Assembly (NCBI RefSeq): GCF_006345805.1
Contig: NW_021836914.1
Location: forward strand, 1-22,506
Origin: Octopus sinensis
Lineage: Eukaryota
Length of the DNA: 22,506 bases
Direction: 5' to 3'
Part shown: in pieces, positions 9,910-20,353 of the stretch
Position numbering within the stretch: the stretch's first letter is position 1
Layout: every line of letters begins with the position of its first letter
Position numbers and translations under genes: made by a program
The notes under the pieces: model-generated
Told to the model about the DNA's origin: nothing
The model's input: only the letters and a program-made list of their open reading frames with translations
Databases searched by the model: none

Positions 9910-10040
9910 GATTTCAAATTTTGGCACGAGGCCAGTAATTTCGAGGGAGAGAGCTAATCGATTAGATCGATCCCCCAGAGTTCGTCTAGTACTTATTTTA
10001 TCGATACCGAAAGGATGAACGGCAAAGTCGACCAGCCTCG
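9910..10040 (-). mobile_element. SINE family B, 5'-truncated copy (core plus tail)
   Basis: tttcaaattttggcacgaggccagtaatttcg..ctagtacttattttatcgataccgaaaggatgaacggcaaagtcgacc; tail matches 18903-18950. Confidence 0.85.
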
Positions 10041-10065
10041 ACATAATCGGTGACACGCTGAATCT

Positions 10066-10230
10066 CTTTGAGAATAAAATTGAAGGTAGGCAAGTCTGTA
10101 GAGTGCTCAGATACTTCAACGCTAATTTCAGGAGCAGGCTGTTTCGTTGATCATTGATTGTCTTAAGAGATGGAGAGTCATTTGAATCTCTAGCAGACCA
10201 AACGATTGCTTTGAAGTATTCCTTCAACAA
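10066..10230 (-). pseudogene. Possible degenerate hAT transposase C-terminal dimerisation-domain relic
   Basis: LKEYF..RDSN..LK..NDQRNSLLLKLALKYLSTLQTCLPSILFSK resembles the hAT consensus L..LA.KYLSIPATSVPSERLFS. Recognised by eye only. Confidence 0.4.
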
Positions 10231-10254
10231 TGTTTTCCATGAAAATGACTAAAC

Positions 10255-10809
10255 TATTGGGTTGGCCGGAAAGTTCGTGCCGATTTTTAGAGGAAATAAA
10301 AAGGTGGATAAATACTTGCCATTACATTTTTAATCAACGAAATATGAACCATTTTGTTGCACAATACGTCTCCATCTTGAAAATACCCTCTTCCCAGAAT
10401 TGAGGTGGTTTCATGGCAAAAAATTCATCAAGGTATCTTTTTACGTCAGCCAAGGAATTCAAATTTTTACCATTAAGACTATTCTGCAGAGACCTGAATA
10501 AGTGGAAATCCGAAGGAGCAATATCTGGTGAATATGGAGGGTGGGGTAACACATGCCAGCCGAGCTGCAGCAATTTTGTGTGGTTCCCAAAGCATCAAGT
10601 GCCGAAAATGAACTTTCTTATCTTCCATTTTAAAGGGTTACAAAATTAACAAGGTTAAAGGAACATAAACCTTCTTCCACGAAAAGATAAATTAAACTGC
10701 TCTAAATGGAGGTGTAGTCAAATCCTATTTTATGGACTCAACTATATTCTAAAATAAGTCGAAATATTAGCTACTATAAATCGGTACGAACTTTCCGGAC
10801 AACCCAATA
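10255..10809 (-). mobile_element. Internally deleted mariner (DD34D-type) transposon with both TIRs and TA target site duplication
   Basis: 30-bp TIRs at 10257-10286 and 10778-10807 (ttgggttg[g/t]ccggaaagttcgt[g/a]ccgattt, 2 mismatches), each flanked by TA. N-terminus MEDKKVHFRHLMLWE (ATG at 10628) is joined out of frame to KLLQLGWHVLPHPPYSPDIAPSDFHLFRSLQNSL..FWEEGIFK, frameshift, WRRIVQQNGSYFVD*. Confidence 0.95.
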
Positions 10810-10912
10810 GTTTAAGAAAGTTATTTATATTCGTGGCCACCACCTCATATACGACGTTCCAATAATGTAAATGGTTTCCTGTTGAACTTATGGAACAGAT
10901 GATCTGTGAACA

Positions 10913-11030
10913 CATAATCATCACCATCGTCATCATAATCATTATCATCATCATCGTCAACGTTGTTCTGGTCATCATACTCATCATAATAATCATTATC
11001 ATCATCATAATCATTGTCATCATCATCATT

Positions 11031-11067
<37 letters not shown>

Positions 11068-11363
11068 ACATCATCTTCATCATCATCATTATCATCATTA
11101 TAATCATTATCATCATCGTTGTCAACGTTGCTTTGGTCATCATATTCATCACATATCGTCATCATCATCATGATCATCACCAGCACCACCACCACCATCA
11201 TGATCATCATCATTATAATCGTTATTATTATCGCTGTCATCATGATGATCCTCATCGCCATCATCATCACCATCATTGACGTCGTCGCCATCGTTATCAT
11301 CGTCGCCGTCATCATCATCATCAACATCATCATCAACATCATCAACATCATTATCATCATCAT
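10913..11363. repeat. Long interrupted (ATC)n/(CAT)n trinucleotide array with an internal 51-bp higher-order duplication
   Basis: Directly visible; duplicated units at 10936-10986 and 11101-11151. Explains the poly-Asp/Met/Ile/His ORFs. Confidence 0.92.
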
Positions 11364-12159
11364 ATTGACCTTTCTCTAGGATGTGAACACCGCCAGTACA
11401 TTTGACAGAATTAGTTGTCATGCCTCTGCGAAATACCTTGCAACGTATTTTTAAAAAACAGATGAGACACAAGAGAGTATAGCTTTATAAAGAACAGAAT
11501 TCACATTGATCCTGGTGAATCGGACTTAAATTCACTTATAGATCTATACACCTCTCTCTTGTTTTAATAACATGAAACCAGTCCGTTATAAAATGGAATT
11601 TCCGAGACAAAAATGTATGGACCTGCTATGGTTGGAACGTTTCTCATGAAACGTCTACTGAATAACGGTTAACAGCCTTGATGCTAAGATAAAAAGGACG
11701 AGAAATCTCGTTTATACGATCCATCGTATATTAACACAACACGAGTATATTGTTACTTCAGGCTATGTCTGAACAACAATAGGAAAATACTGATCGTAGA
11801 GTACATTAAACGCTCATTTATTGATGTCTGTGCCCTAATGATCGTGTTAATTGGACAGTTCAAAGACGCGAATGCCAACATCTACAGCTTCTATTTTTGG
11901 AAAGAAGAGCAATTGTAATAAGCAAGACTTTTTCAAAGTACGTGACTGTTTCTGTGATGTTTATTCCAATAGAGTATTGTGTCATTGCCAAATACCAACT
12001 TCGTCCTTAGGTGAAGACTTCAAATAATTAAAGGGTAAAATAGAATATACATACATACCACACATGCACGCACACACACACACATACACACACATACATA
12101 CGCACATGTGTGTACTTACAAAGATAAAAAATAAATATATATATATATATACATATATA

Positions 12160-12249
12160 TAGGCGTAGGAGTGACTGTGTGGTAAGTAGCTTGCTTACCA
12201 ACCACATGGTCCCGGGTTCAGTCCCACTGCGTGACACTTTGGGCAAGTG
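12160..12249 (+). mobile_element. tRNA-like SINE family A, 5' head only
   Basis: taggcgtaggagtgactgtgtggtaagtagcttgcttaccaaccacatggtcccgggttcagtcccactgcgtgacactttgggcaagtg: Pol III A-box-like and B-box-like motifs; homologous to the head at 17428-17490 (minus). Confidence 0.9.
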
Positions 12250-12869
12250 ACATTTATACACTATATCACTATTTCAAAAATCCCAAAGGAGCATCATTCG
12301 CTGCTAAGCAACCGCCATACAGGACATAGAGCATCGATCTCAAAACTCGCTTACAAAGTTGACCGATCTATTCATCATATCCACGCTGGTTTTCCGCTGC
12401 TTCATTCACGTAGCGTTCCAATGGCCTAAGAAATACATTAGTGTAAGTTTTGACTATGTTCTAGATTAATCCTAGAGCAAAGAATATAATCCCCCATGTT
12501 TGCCAAAAATAGTAGACAACGCTGGTAATATTATTAGAAATTCTTTAAGCACAGTTCGGTAACTTGTCAAAGAGATTTTGACTTCCAACTTACGCAGAAA
12601 CTAAATATTGTGAGTATATACATATAGATTCATTGTTATGACTCTCTGCGTCTGTTTTTCGTTCTCTCTTTCGCAACCTCACCATTTCCTTCACTATCAC
12701 TCTTCTCTGTGTGTATACGATTCTGTATACAATGATGTGCATGGCCATTATGAAGATCTATATGCTGATATATTAGAATACACATATTTGCTTATGATAG
12801 ACAGATACATAGGAAGACACACACACACACATACAACAGTATGGGCACGTGTGCAAACACACGCCAGCA

Positions 12870-12984
12870 CCGACTCACGCATATATATATATATATATAT
12901 TATAATATACATATATATACATATACATATACACATATATATATATATTTTATAAGTATAGTTATATATATATAAACATATATA

Positions 12985-13017
<33 letters not shown>

Positions 13018-13025
13018 ACGTACGT
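12870..13025. repeat. (TA)n/(TATG)n microsatellite
   Basis: Directly visible. Confidence 0.85.
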
Positions 13026-13210
13026 ACATAAATACATTAAAACATTTACAGGAGGAGATACGCAGGTGTACGTGCATGTATATGTGTTTGTGTGTCTGTG
13101 TGTGTACAGACAGATGCATTCACAAACACGCATGAACATATGTGAATATTTATGTATTATATATATATAGAGAGAGAGGTGGGGAGAGTCTTAGATAGAT
13201 TAGATAGATA

Positions 13211-13357
13211 TATTTCTTTATTGCCCACAAGGGGCTAAACATAGAGGAGAAAAATAAGGACAGACAAAGGGATTAAGTCGATTACAACGACCCCAGTGCG
13301 AAACTGGTACTTTATTTATCGACCCCGAAAGGATGAAAGGCAAAGTCGACCTCGGCG
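13211..13357 (-). mobile_element. SINE family B with alternative 3' tail, 5'-truncated at an (AGAT)n array
   Basis: Core gaccccgaaaggatgaaaggcaaagtcgacctcggcg plus tail tatttctttattgcccacaaggggctaaaca..ggacagacaaagggattaagtcg; homologous to 16743-16920. Confidence 0.92.
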
Positions 13358-13428
<71 letters not shown>

Positions 13429-13456
13429 CAGATAGATAGATAGATAGATAGATAGA

Positions 13457-13514
<58 letters not shown>
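13358..13514. repeat. Near-perfect (AGAT)n microsatellite
   Basis: About 39 units with one gac variant and one indel. Confidence 0.95.
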
Positions 13515-13699
13515 TGTAGAACTGAAACGTCATTATTTCTTGCTGACATACACCGTGACTGCTCACCTCAGCGAAAATCGCTAAACTCTGAGTAGAAGTG
13601 GAGAGTAATCACATCACTACAACAAACCATTTCTACTATATTCAACTTAATAGTAAATTCAAATTTGCATTTATATATGTATGAATGCATACATGTTTG

Positions 13700-13825
13700 T
13701 ATATGTGTATATATATATACATGTGTGTGTGTATGTGTATTTATATTTGCATGTATATATCTTATGTACTATATATATACATAATATAAAACACACACCC
13801 ATATATACTATAGATATATATATAC

Positions 13826-13866
<41 letters not shown>

Positions 13867-13984
13867 TCATATATAATATATACATATAGATATATATATA
13901 TATATTAGATATGTATATATATACATATATATATAGTATATATATATATGCATATATATGTATATATATATTATATAATTAATC

Positions 13985-14016
<32 letters not shown>

Positions 14017-14205
14017 TATATATAATATATATATTATATATATGACAGACTTATATGCGTATATTTCGTTGCGTTAGTGTCTCTAATCTATATACGTACG
14101 CAGTGAAAACGTTGGTATGTATATATATATATATAATATATATATAATATATATATATAATATATATGCGTGTCTGTGTGTCTGTGTGTGTGTGTGTGTG
14201 TGTAC
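13700..14205. repeat. (TA)n-dominated compound microsatellite block
   Basis: Directly visible, with short unique islands. Confidence 0.85.
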
Positions 14206-14730
14206 AGTCAACATAGACTTTCTTCTTGTTCCAATTTGGAAAAGCCAAACGGATGTATCTGATCATCTGACCGGAAATGGCTTATATACGACTATGGATT
14301 GTACAGCATCGATACGCAGCAGAGTCTATGTGCCTGAATAACAAACCGAATTCTGTTATTTGTTCCTGTTCCGGAAAATAATTTTTTTTTCTCCTTTATA
14401 TGCTTATCTCCTTTTACATCTTAACTATTTATTGATAAATATTAAAACGGTCTCTGATGTAGACATTCAGCCATAAGGTCCCACTTTAAATAAAGTTCGC
14501 CGTCTCTTATCTATTTGGAGTGTGTGTGAATGTGTGTGTTTGTGTGTGTGTGTGTGTGTGTCTGTGTGCGAGTATATGTGTGGTGTCTATAATAGTTAGT
14601 ATGAGTAATTGTAAAATACGGTAATAGTGCTGAGATTATAATGGAAACAGGACCAATAGAACAACAAAAACAATACCGGCTGCTTATATTTTTTGACCAT
14701 GTATTGCACCAATTCCGATTAATTTGTGAC

Positions 14731-14798
<68 letters not shown>

Positions 14799-15056
14799 TA
14801 TATACATATATATACCACACATATATAAAATATATATATGTATATATATATATATAAGATTATAATGTAGGGTATCTAAGAGATACCATCACGCTGGAAA
14901 TATCAGTCAAAGCTTGTCTCTAAAGCCACATTAAAACCACTCTGAAACCACCCTTTATTATAAATTTTGAATAATTATTACCTTTGAAAAGTTTTTATTC
15001 CATGCTGGCCACCTGATAAGATCGTTATTTAAATATCGATCTTATCCTTATTTGTA

Positions 15057-15115
<59 letters not shown>

Positions 15116-15120
15116 ATATC

Positions 15121-15308
15121 AGTTAATCCAAACAAGAAAACACAAAAAAACACAGCACCGCGAGGACGTGGAACAAATAAAGTATTATTGGACGCTCAGG
15201 AAAGAAGGGAAGAAGGAGGGTTTAACGTTTTCGAGCGGAGCTCTCGTCGGAGACAAAGGAGAAGGGAAGGCAGAAGAAAAAAATTGCTGGCGGTGCTCAC
15301 GAGGTCAC
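15121..15308 (-). mobile_element. (TA)n-embedded module, probable Penelope-like pseudo-LTR
   Basis: 188 bp bounded on both sides by (TA)n; contains the hammerhead-like motif at 15220-15254; shares tatta..ac.c.cagga..ttt.acgttt.cgagc..gctct with 21050-21225. Confidence 0.5.
15220..15254 (-). ncRNA. Degenerate minimal hammerhead-like motif (CCGACGA core)
   Basis: Minus-strand RNA: GUCU-CCGACGA-GAGC-UCC-GCUC-GAAAA-CG-UU-AAAC. One mismatch in stem I, an extra A, and a U4C core change. Confidence 0.45.
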
Positions 15309-15699
15309 TATATATATATATATATATTATATATATATATATAATATATATATATTATATATATATACATAAGTATATATAAATTTAGCAATGTTATCCT
15401 TCATCAGAAGAAGCTATGATGGCTCGAGGGACGTGTGTTTCGTTCATTGTCACTTAATAAATTAGCTTCAAATGATGTTTCTATATTTGTTGTGTGTGTG
15501 TGGTGTGTGTGTGTGTGTGTTTATACATACATGATATACATTCATGTGTGTGCGTGTATACATACATGACATACATTCATGGTGTGTGTGTGTGTATGTG
15601 TGTGTGTGCATCTCTGTATTCTTTTATGTGCCCATACGTGTAAATAAGAGAAATTCGCTTTATGAGATAAGTAAGGATACGAACGTAGATACATTTGTG

Positions 15700-15892
15700 T
15701 CTGCTGTATCGACGTGAATTAAAAGACGAGTCAATTTTCGATGAGGGGCCTTGCAATTCTACCAAATAAATGGAAGAGTGTTGTAGAAGATGAAGGAGAG
15801 TATATTTCAGATTTTAAAAAATAATGTTGCTTATCTTAATTTTGAAAAATAAGTAAGTATAAAAACTGCATTGTATATGGGATGACCCAATA
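15700..15892 (+). mobile_element. 3' end of a second mariner family (transposase C-terminus, 3' UTR, right TIR, TA)
   Basis: KDESIFDEG, frameshift, LPNKWKSVVEDEGEYISD (15759-15812) matches the mariner ending LPERWQKV...GEY. The terminus ..gggatgacccaa-TA has reverse complement TA-ttgggtc, starting like the TIR at 10257. No left TIR found. Confidence 0.75.
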
Positions 15893-15917
15893 TATATATA
15901 TAGTAAAGAAATATATA

Positions 15918-15974
<57 letters not shown>

Positions 15975-16179
15975 GATGCGTGTGTAAGATACATGCATAT
16001 ATATACACATATAAAATGCAGCTACATTTGAATGTACACATATGTGCGTGCAAGTGTGTAGATATCCACATATACATGTCAATACCTGAGTATATATATC
16101 TATAGCTATCTATCTATCTATATATATATAAAATTATACAATATATATATATATAATATATTATATATATACATTATAC

Positions 16180-16210
<31 letters not shown>

Positions 16211-16221
16211 CACACACGCAC

Positions 16222-16256
<35 letters not shown>

Positions 16257-16305
16257 TATATATATATTATATATATATATATATTATATATATATTATAT
16301 ATATA
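15891..16305. repeat. (TA)n/(CA)n compound microsatellite block
   Basis: Directly visible. Confidence 0.85.
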
Positions 16306-16742
16306 CAGGGAGTAGGACTGAGTGAGAAGAGAATGGCAGATGGAATGGGAGGGCTGTTCTTACAGGAATAAAGAAGCTAGAGACAGAGCGATTACCGTTC
16401 AATTATATACGTTAGTCTTTTAATTTCCTGACTAATACGAATTACAGAACAATTCTATCGACGTGCTACCTTTCTTTACGTGACACATCTGCAAAAACAC
16501 ACTCAGCTATATACAAAATATAATTATACACAAAATATATCCGAATAATATATGTCATAAATGCTTGTCAACACTGGAGTATTTTCATCTTCGGTTTTCT
16601 CAAACTGATGTAGTCTCTGGCCTAAGGAAAGAGAAAAACAACATAAAGGCTATAGATAATAAGGCCGAGGGATCATTATTTCACTAGTTCTTCCTTAAAT
16701 CCCGTCAAATGTCTTTCTGTATGCCTGTAAATTGTATTTATA

Positions 16743-16920
16743 CGTCTGCCGCTACGTTCTGAGTTCAAATTCCGCCGAGGTCGACTTTGCCTTTCATCCT
16801 TTCGGGGTCGATTAAATAAGTACTAGTTACGCATTGGGGTCGATATAATCGACATAATCCGTTTGTCTGTCCTTGTTTGTCCTCTCTGTGTTTAGCCCCT
16901 TGTGGTTAGTAAAGAAATAT
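16743..16920 (+). mobile_element. SINE family B with alternative 3' tail, lacking the first part of the head
   Basis: cgtctgccgctacgttctgagttcaaattccgccgaggtcgactttgcctttcatcctttcggggtcgattaaataagtac..tttagccccttgtggttagtaaagaaata; B-box-like gagttcaaatt. Confidence 0.93.
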
Positions 16921-17119
16921 GTAAATTGTATTTATAAACACTCGTATAATTATTCCCGAGATAGTTACTACTCTGTTCTTGTTGACTATTTAGATCAACT
17001 ATTTTTTTTGTCCAAGGACCTTGTTGATTTCTATTTTAATCCACTGGGCCTCACAGATATCTGACGTTTAAATAAAACCCTATTATTTATTTAGGATTAA
17101 ATATAATTACATTAACAAA

Positions 17120-17490
17120 TACTCTTTTACTCATTTTTACTCTTTTACTTGTTTCAGTCGTGTGACTGTGGCCATGCTGGAGCACCGCCTTTAGTTGAGT
17201 AAATCGACCCCAGGACTTATTCATTGTAAGCCTAGTACGTATTCTATCGTTCTCTTTTTGGCGAACCGCTAAGTTACGGGGACATAAACACACCAGCATC
17301 GGTTGTCAAGCGATGTTGGGAGGGAGACAAATACTGACACACAAACATATACACACACATACGTACCAATATATAGATATATACGACAGGCTTCTTTCAG
17401 TTTCCGTCTACCAAATCCACTCACAAGACTGAACCCGGAATCATGTGGTTCCTAAGCAAGTTACTTACCACACAGCTACTCCTGCGCCTA
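17120..17490 (-). mobile_element. tRNA-like SINE family A, near full length with an internal deletion
   Basis: Head taggcgcaggagtagctgtgtggtaag..ccgggttcagt, body gtggatttggtagacggaaactgaaagaag.., internal (CA/TA) microsatellite, 3' ggcggtgctccagcatggccacagtc..gactgaaacaagt and (aaagagt)n-like tail. Confidence 0.93.
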
Positions 17491-17559
17491 TGGTGGAGAG
17501 GTCGGGTATCGATGTTAAAATATTTTGTGTATTGCAGAATTATAACCAGTTTCTTGCAC

Positions 17560-17630
17560 AGACTTTAACAGCAAAATCTCCTACGGAGCCCCAAGTGCCA
17601 CAGTCGCCCCGGTTGAGATCATTGCTTTAG
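17560..17630. mobile_element. Possible degenerate end of a hAT/Charlie-type MITE
   Basis: ggttgagatcattg-ctttag resembles the reverse complement of the CAGTGGTTCTCAACC TIR followed by a TAG-type target half-site. The other end was not found. Confidence 0.3.
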
Positions 17631-18605
17631 ACGGTGCAAAATAATCGATGCCGAGAGGAGTGGAGGGTCAGAGAGGAAGAGAGACGCAGTGGAAAAAGAG
17701 GGAGAAAAAGAATGAGATGGATGGAGGGAGACAGAGACAGACAAAGAGGCAGAGAAAACAGGGTGTGTGACGAATCAACTTAGATATTTGATTTCCATTG
17801 CGCACTTCCTTCCTAAACTGATGGAATAGAAAAACGGCCTCACTGGGATATGAAACCAGAACATAGAGAGCCAGGCGAAATACACCTCCCATTATCAAAT
17901 AACATACAGATATTCCTCTTGCGTTTATCTTTTGTTTAATAGATGAATACCTTTGCTGTACATCTGCATTATATAAGACAGACTGTTCGATTATTATTGC
18001 AATGCAGCAGAATAAGATCGAACGAGATTAAAATAGCGTTCTACTCAATAAGACCCAACAACATGTTTTCTGAAATAGCTACCACGTAAATAAGTCCCAA
18101 CTAGTTTTAACTATCGATCCTTTTATAATAGAACTTAGAGGTTACAGCCACTAAACCACACGTGCTGCATGTATTATAGATGGAATAATAATTTTATAGA
18201 ATCTCTAAATATATATATATCGTCTATTAAAATTAATCGTGACTACACATTGAAAGCACACATCAAAACCTGAATAGGCCGTTTCATATATTTGATAGAC
18301 ATTTCAATATATCCTTTGTAGAAAGATCTACGTTTAGTTTAAATTACTAATGATGTGGGTTGCGTTCAGACCAGACCAGAAGGGAGAAAAGAAATAGAAT
18401 TTAATTAAGAATGTGAGCTAATGCATACATGCTGAATATTATTGTATGGAATTTAATATTTCTGATAAGTTACAACTTCAATCAGAATTGTGTATAAGTG
18501 CTTGTGTGTGTGTGTGTGTGTCTGTGTGTCTGCGTATGCGCGCTTAGGTGTGTGTGTGTGCTTGGGGTGTATGGACGCAGAGTAATACATAAGCATGTGC
18601 ATTGG

Positions 18606-18622
<17 letters not shown>

Positions 18623-18648
<26 letters not shown>

Positions 18649-18701
18649 TATATTTATACATAGACCCAAATATATATTTATATATATATAATATATATAT
18701 A

Positions 18702-18737
<36 letters not shown>
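18623..18737. repeat. (TA)n microsatellite
   Basis: Directly visible, preceded by TG-rich repeats from about 18500. Confidence 0.85.
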
Positions 18738-18739
<2 letters not shown>

Positions 18740-18902
18740 CTCACATGTAAACACAATGCAACAAGAATACATATATACAGAGAGACAGACAGACAGACAG
18801 ATAGATAGATACATGGGCAGAAAGAAAGATGCAGTGAGTCAGACGTTTAGGCAAATTTGAAGACTTTTGCATACATAAAAGTCCATCTTTAAATAAAATA
18901 TA

Positions 18903-19117
18903 TATTTCTTTCAAACTTTGGCACAAGACCAGCAATTTCGTAGGTATGGGATAAGTCGATTTCAGCAATCACAGAGCTCGACTGGTACTTTTTTATCGAC
19001 CACCAAATAACGAAATGCAAAGTCAACCTAGGTGGAATTTGAACTCTGAACGTAAGGACGACGAAACGCCCTACGCATTTTGAGCAGTGTGCTAACACTT
19101 TTGCCAGCTCGACGCCT
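18903..19117 (-). mobile_element. SINE family B, full-length diverged copy
   Basis: Head aggcgtcgagctggcaaaagtgttagcac, B-box-like gagttcaaattccacc, core gttgactttgcatttc..gtcgataaaaaagtaccagt, tail gaaattgctggtcttgtgccaaagtttgaaagaaat. Confidence 0.88.
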
Positions 19118-19414
19118 GTAAAAATAAAATTTACATTACAAGGAATGCGCATGTTAATCTCTCTCTCTCTCTCTCTTCCTGCTACTTTGTCTCTCTCTTC
19201 TTATGTATCACATCCACTACATGTGTCGGTGATAATGGGTCTCTGTAAGCCAAGTCTGAAAATTCTTGATTTATATAAACCATGAATTATACATCAGTGT
19301 TCCGTCGATTCCTGTTGCTTAATCTGTTGTTTATTGTGCTAGTCTCCAGCTCTATCCAACTATTCTTGAAACTGCAGAACCTATTTCACTCGTACGCAAA
19401 TATACTAGTGTATA

Positions 19415-20133
<719 letters not shown>

Positions 20134-20285
20134 AAGTCTCGTAAATTTCTGAGAATTCTCACAAACATGCAGGCATTTTCCAACGCTGCATGAAATAGCA
20201 ACCAAATACACCTCGAAGTATCACGGAAACATCTAGAAAATAGGATTCTAAGAATGCAACACTTGTGTAAGAACAATATAATTGC

Positions 20286-20353
20286 GTTTCTACATCGTTG
20301 TTTATAGATTCCTTCTGTCAGGAAGAAATCTATAAACAACAGGAACTGTAAAC
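20286..20353. other. Long hairpin (14-bp perfect stem plus extension)
   Basis: gttgtttatagatt (20297-20310) is the exact reverse complement of aatctataaacaac (20327-20340), with an inner cttc/gaag stem. Confidence 0.85.

Noticed and set aside
11380-11445. Acceptor tttctctag followed by DVNTASTFDRISCH, faintly like the RT motif AFD
   Set aside because: The match is too short, with no other RT motifs nearby.
10742-11472. Long poly-Asp, poly-Met and poly-Ile ORFs (up to 172 aa), superficially like acidic biomineral or Met-rich proteins
   Set aside because: The (ATC)n array is stop-free in several frames on both strands at once, and one ORF runs on into the mariner TIR. There is no signal peptide or unique domain.
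13515-13540. GAAACGTC resembling the 3' half of a minimal hammerhead
   Set aside because: No stem II or stem I pairing; the upstream sequence is (AGAT)n.
15385-15450. Minus-strand CGAAAC..GTC followed by a canonical CTGATGA (possible type II hammerhead)
   Set aside because: Neither stem I nor stem II can pair in this arrangement.
17538-17630. Acceptor-like ttgtgtattgcag followed by a 30-codon Pro-rich open frame
   Set aside because: No homology recognised, and the segment is better explained as a degenerate transposon end.
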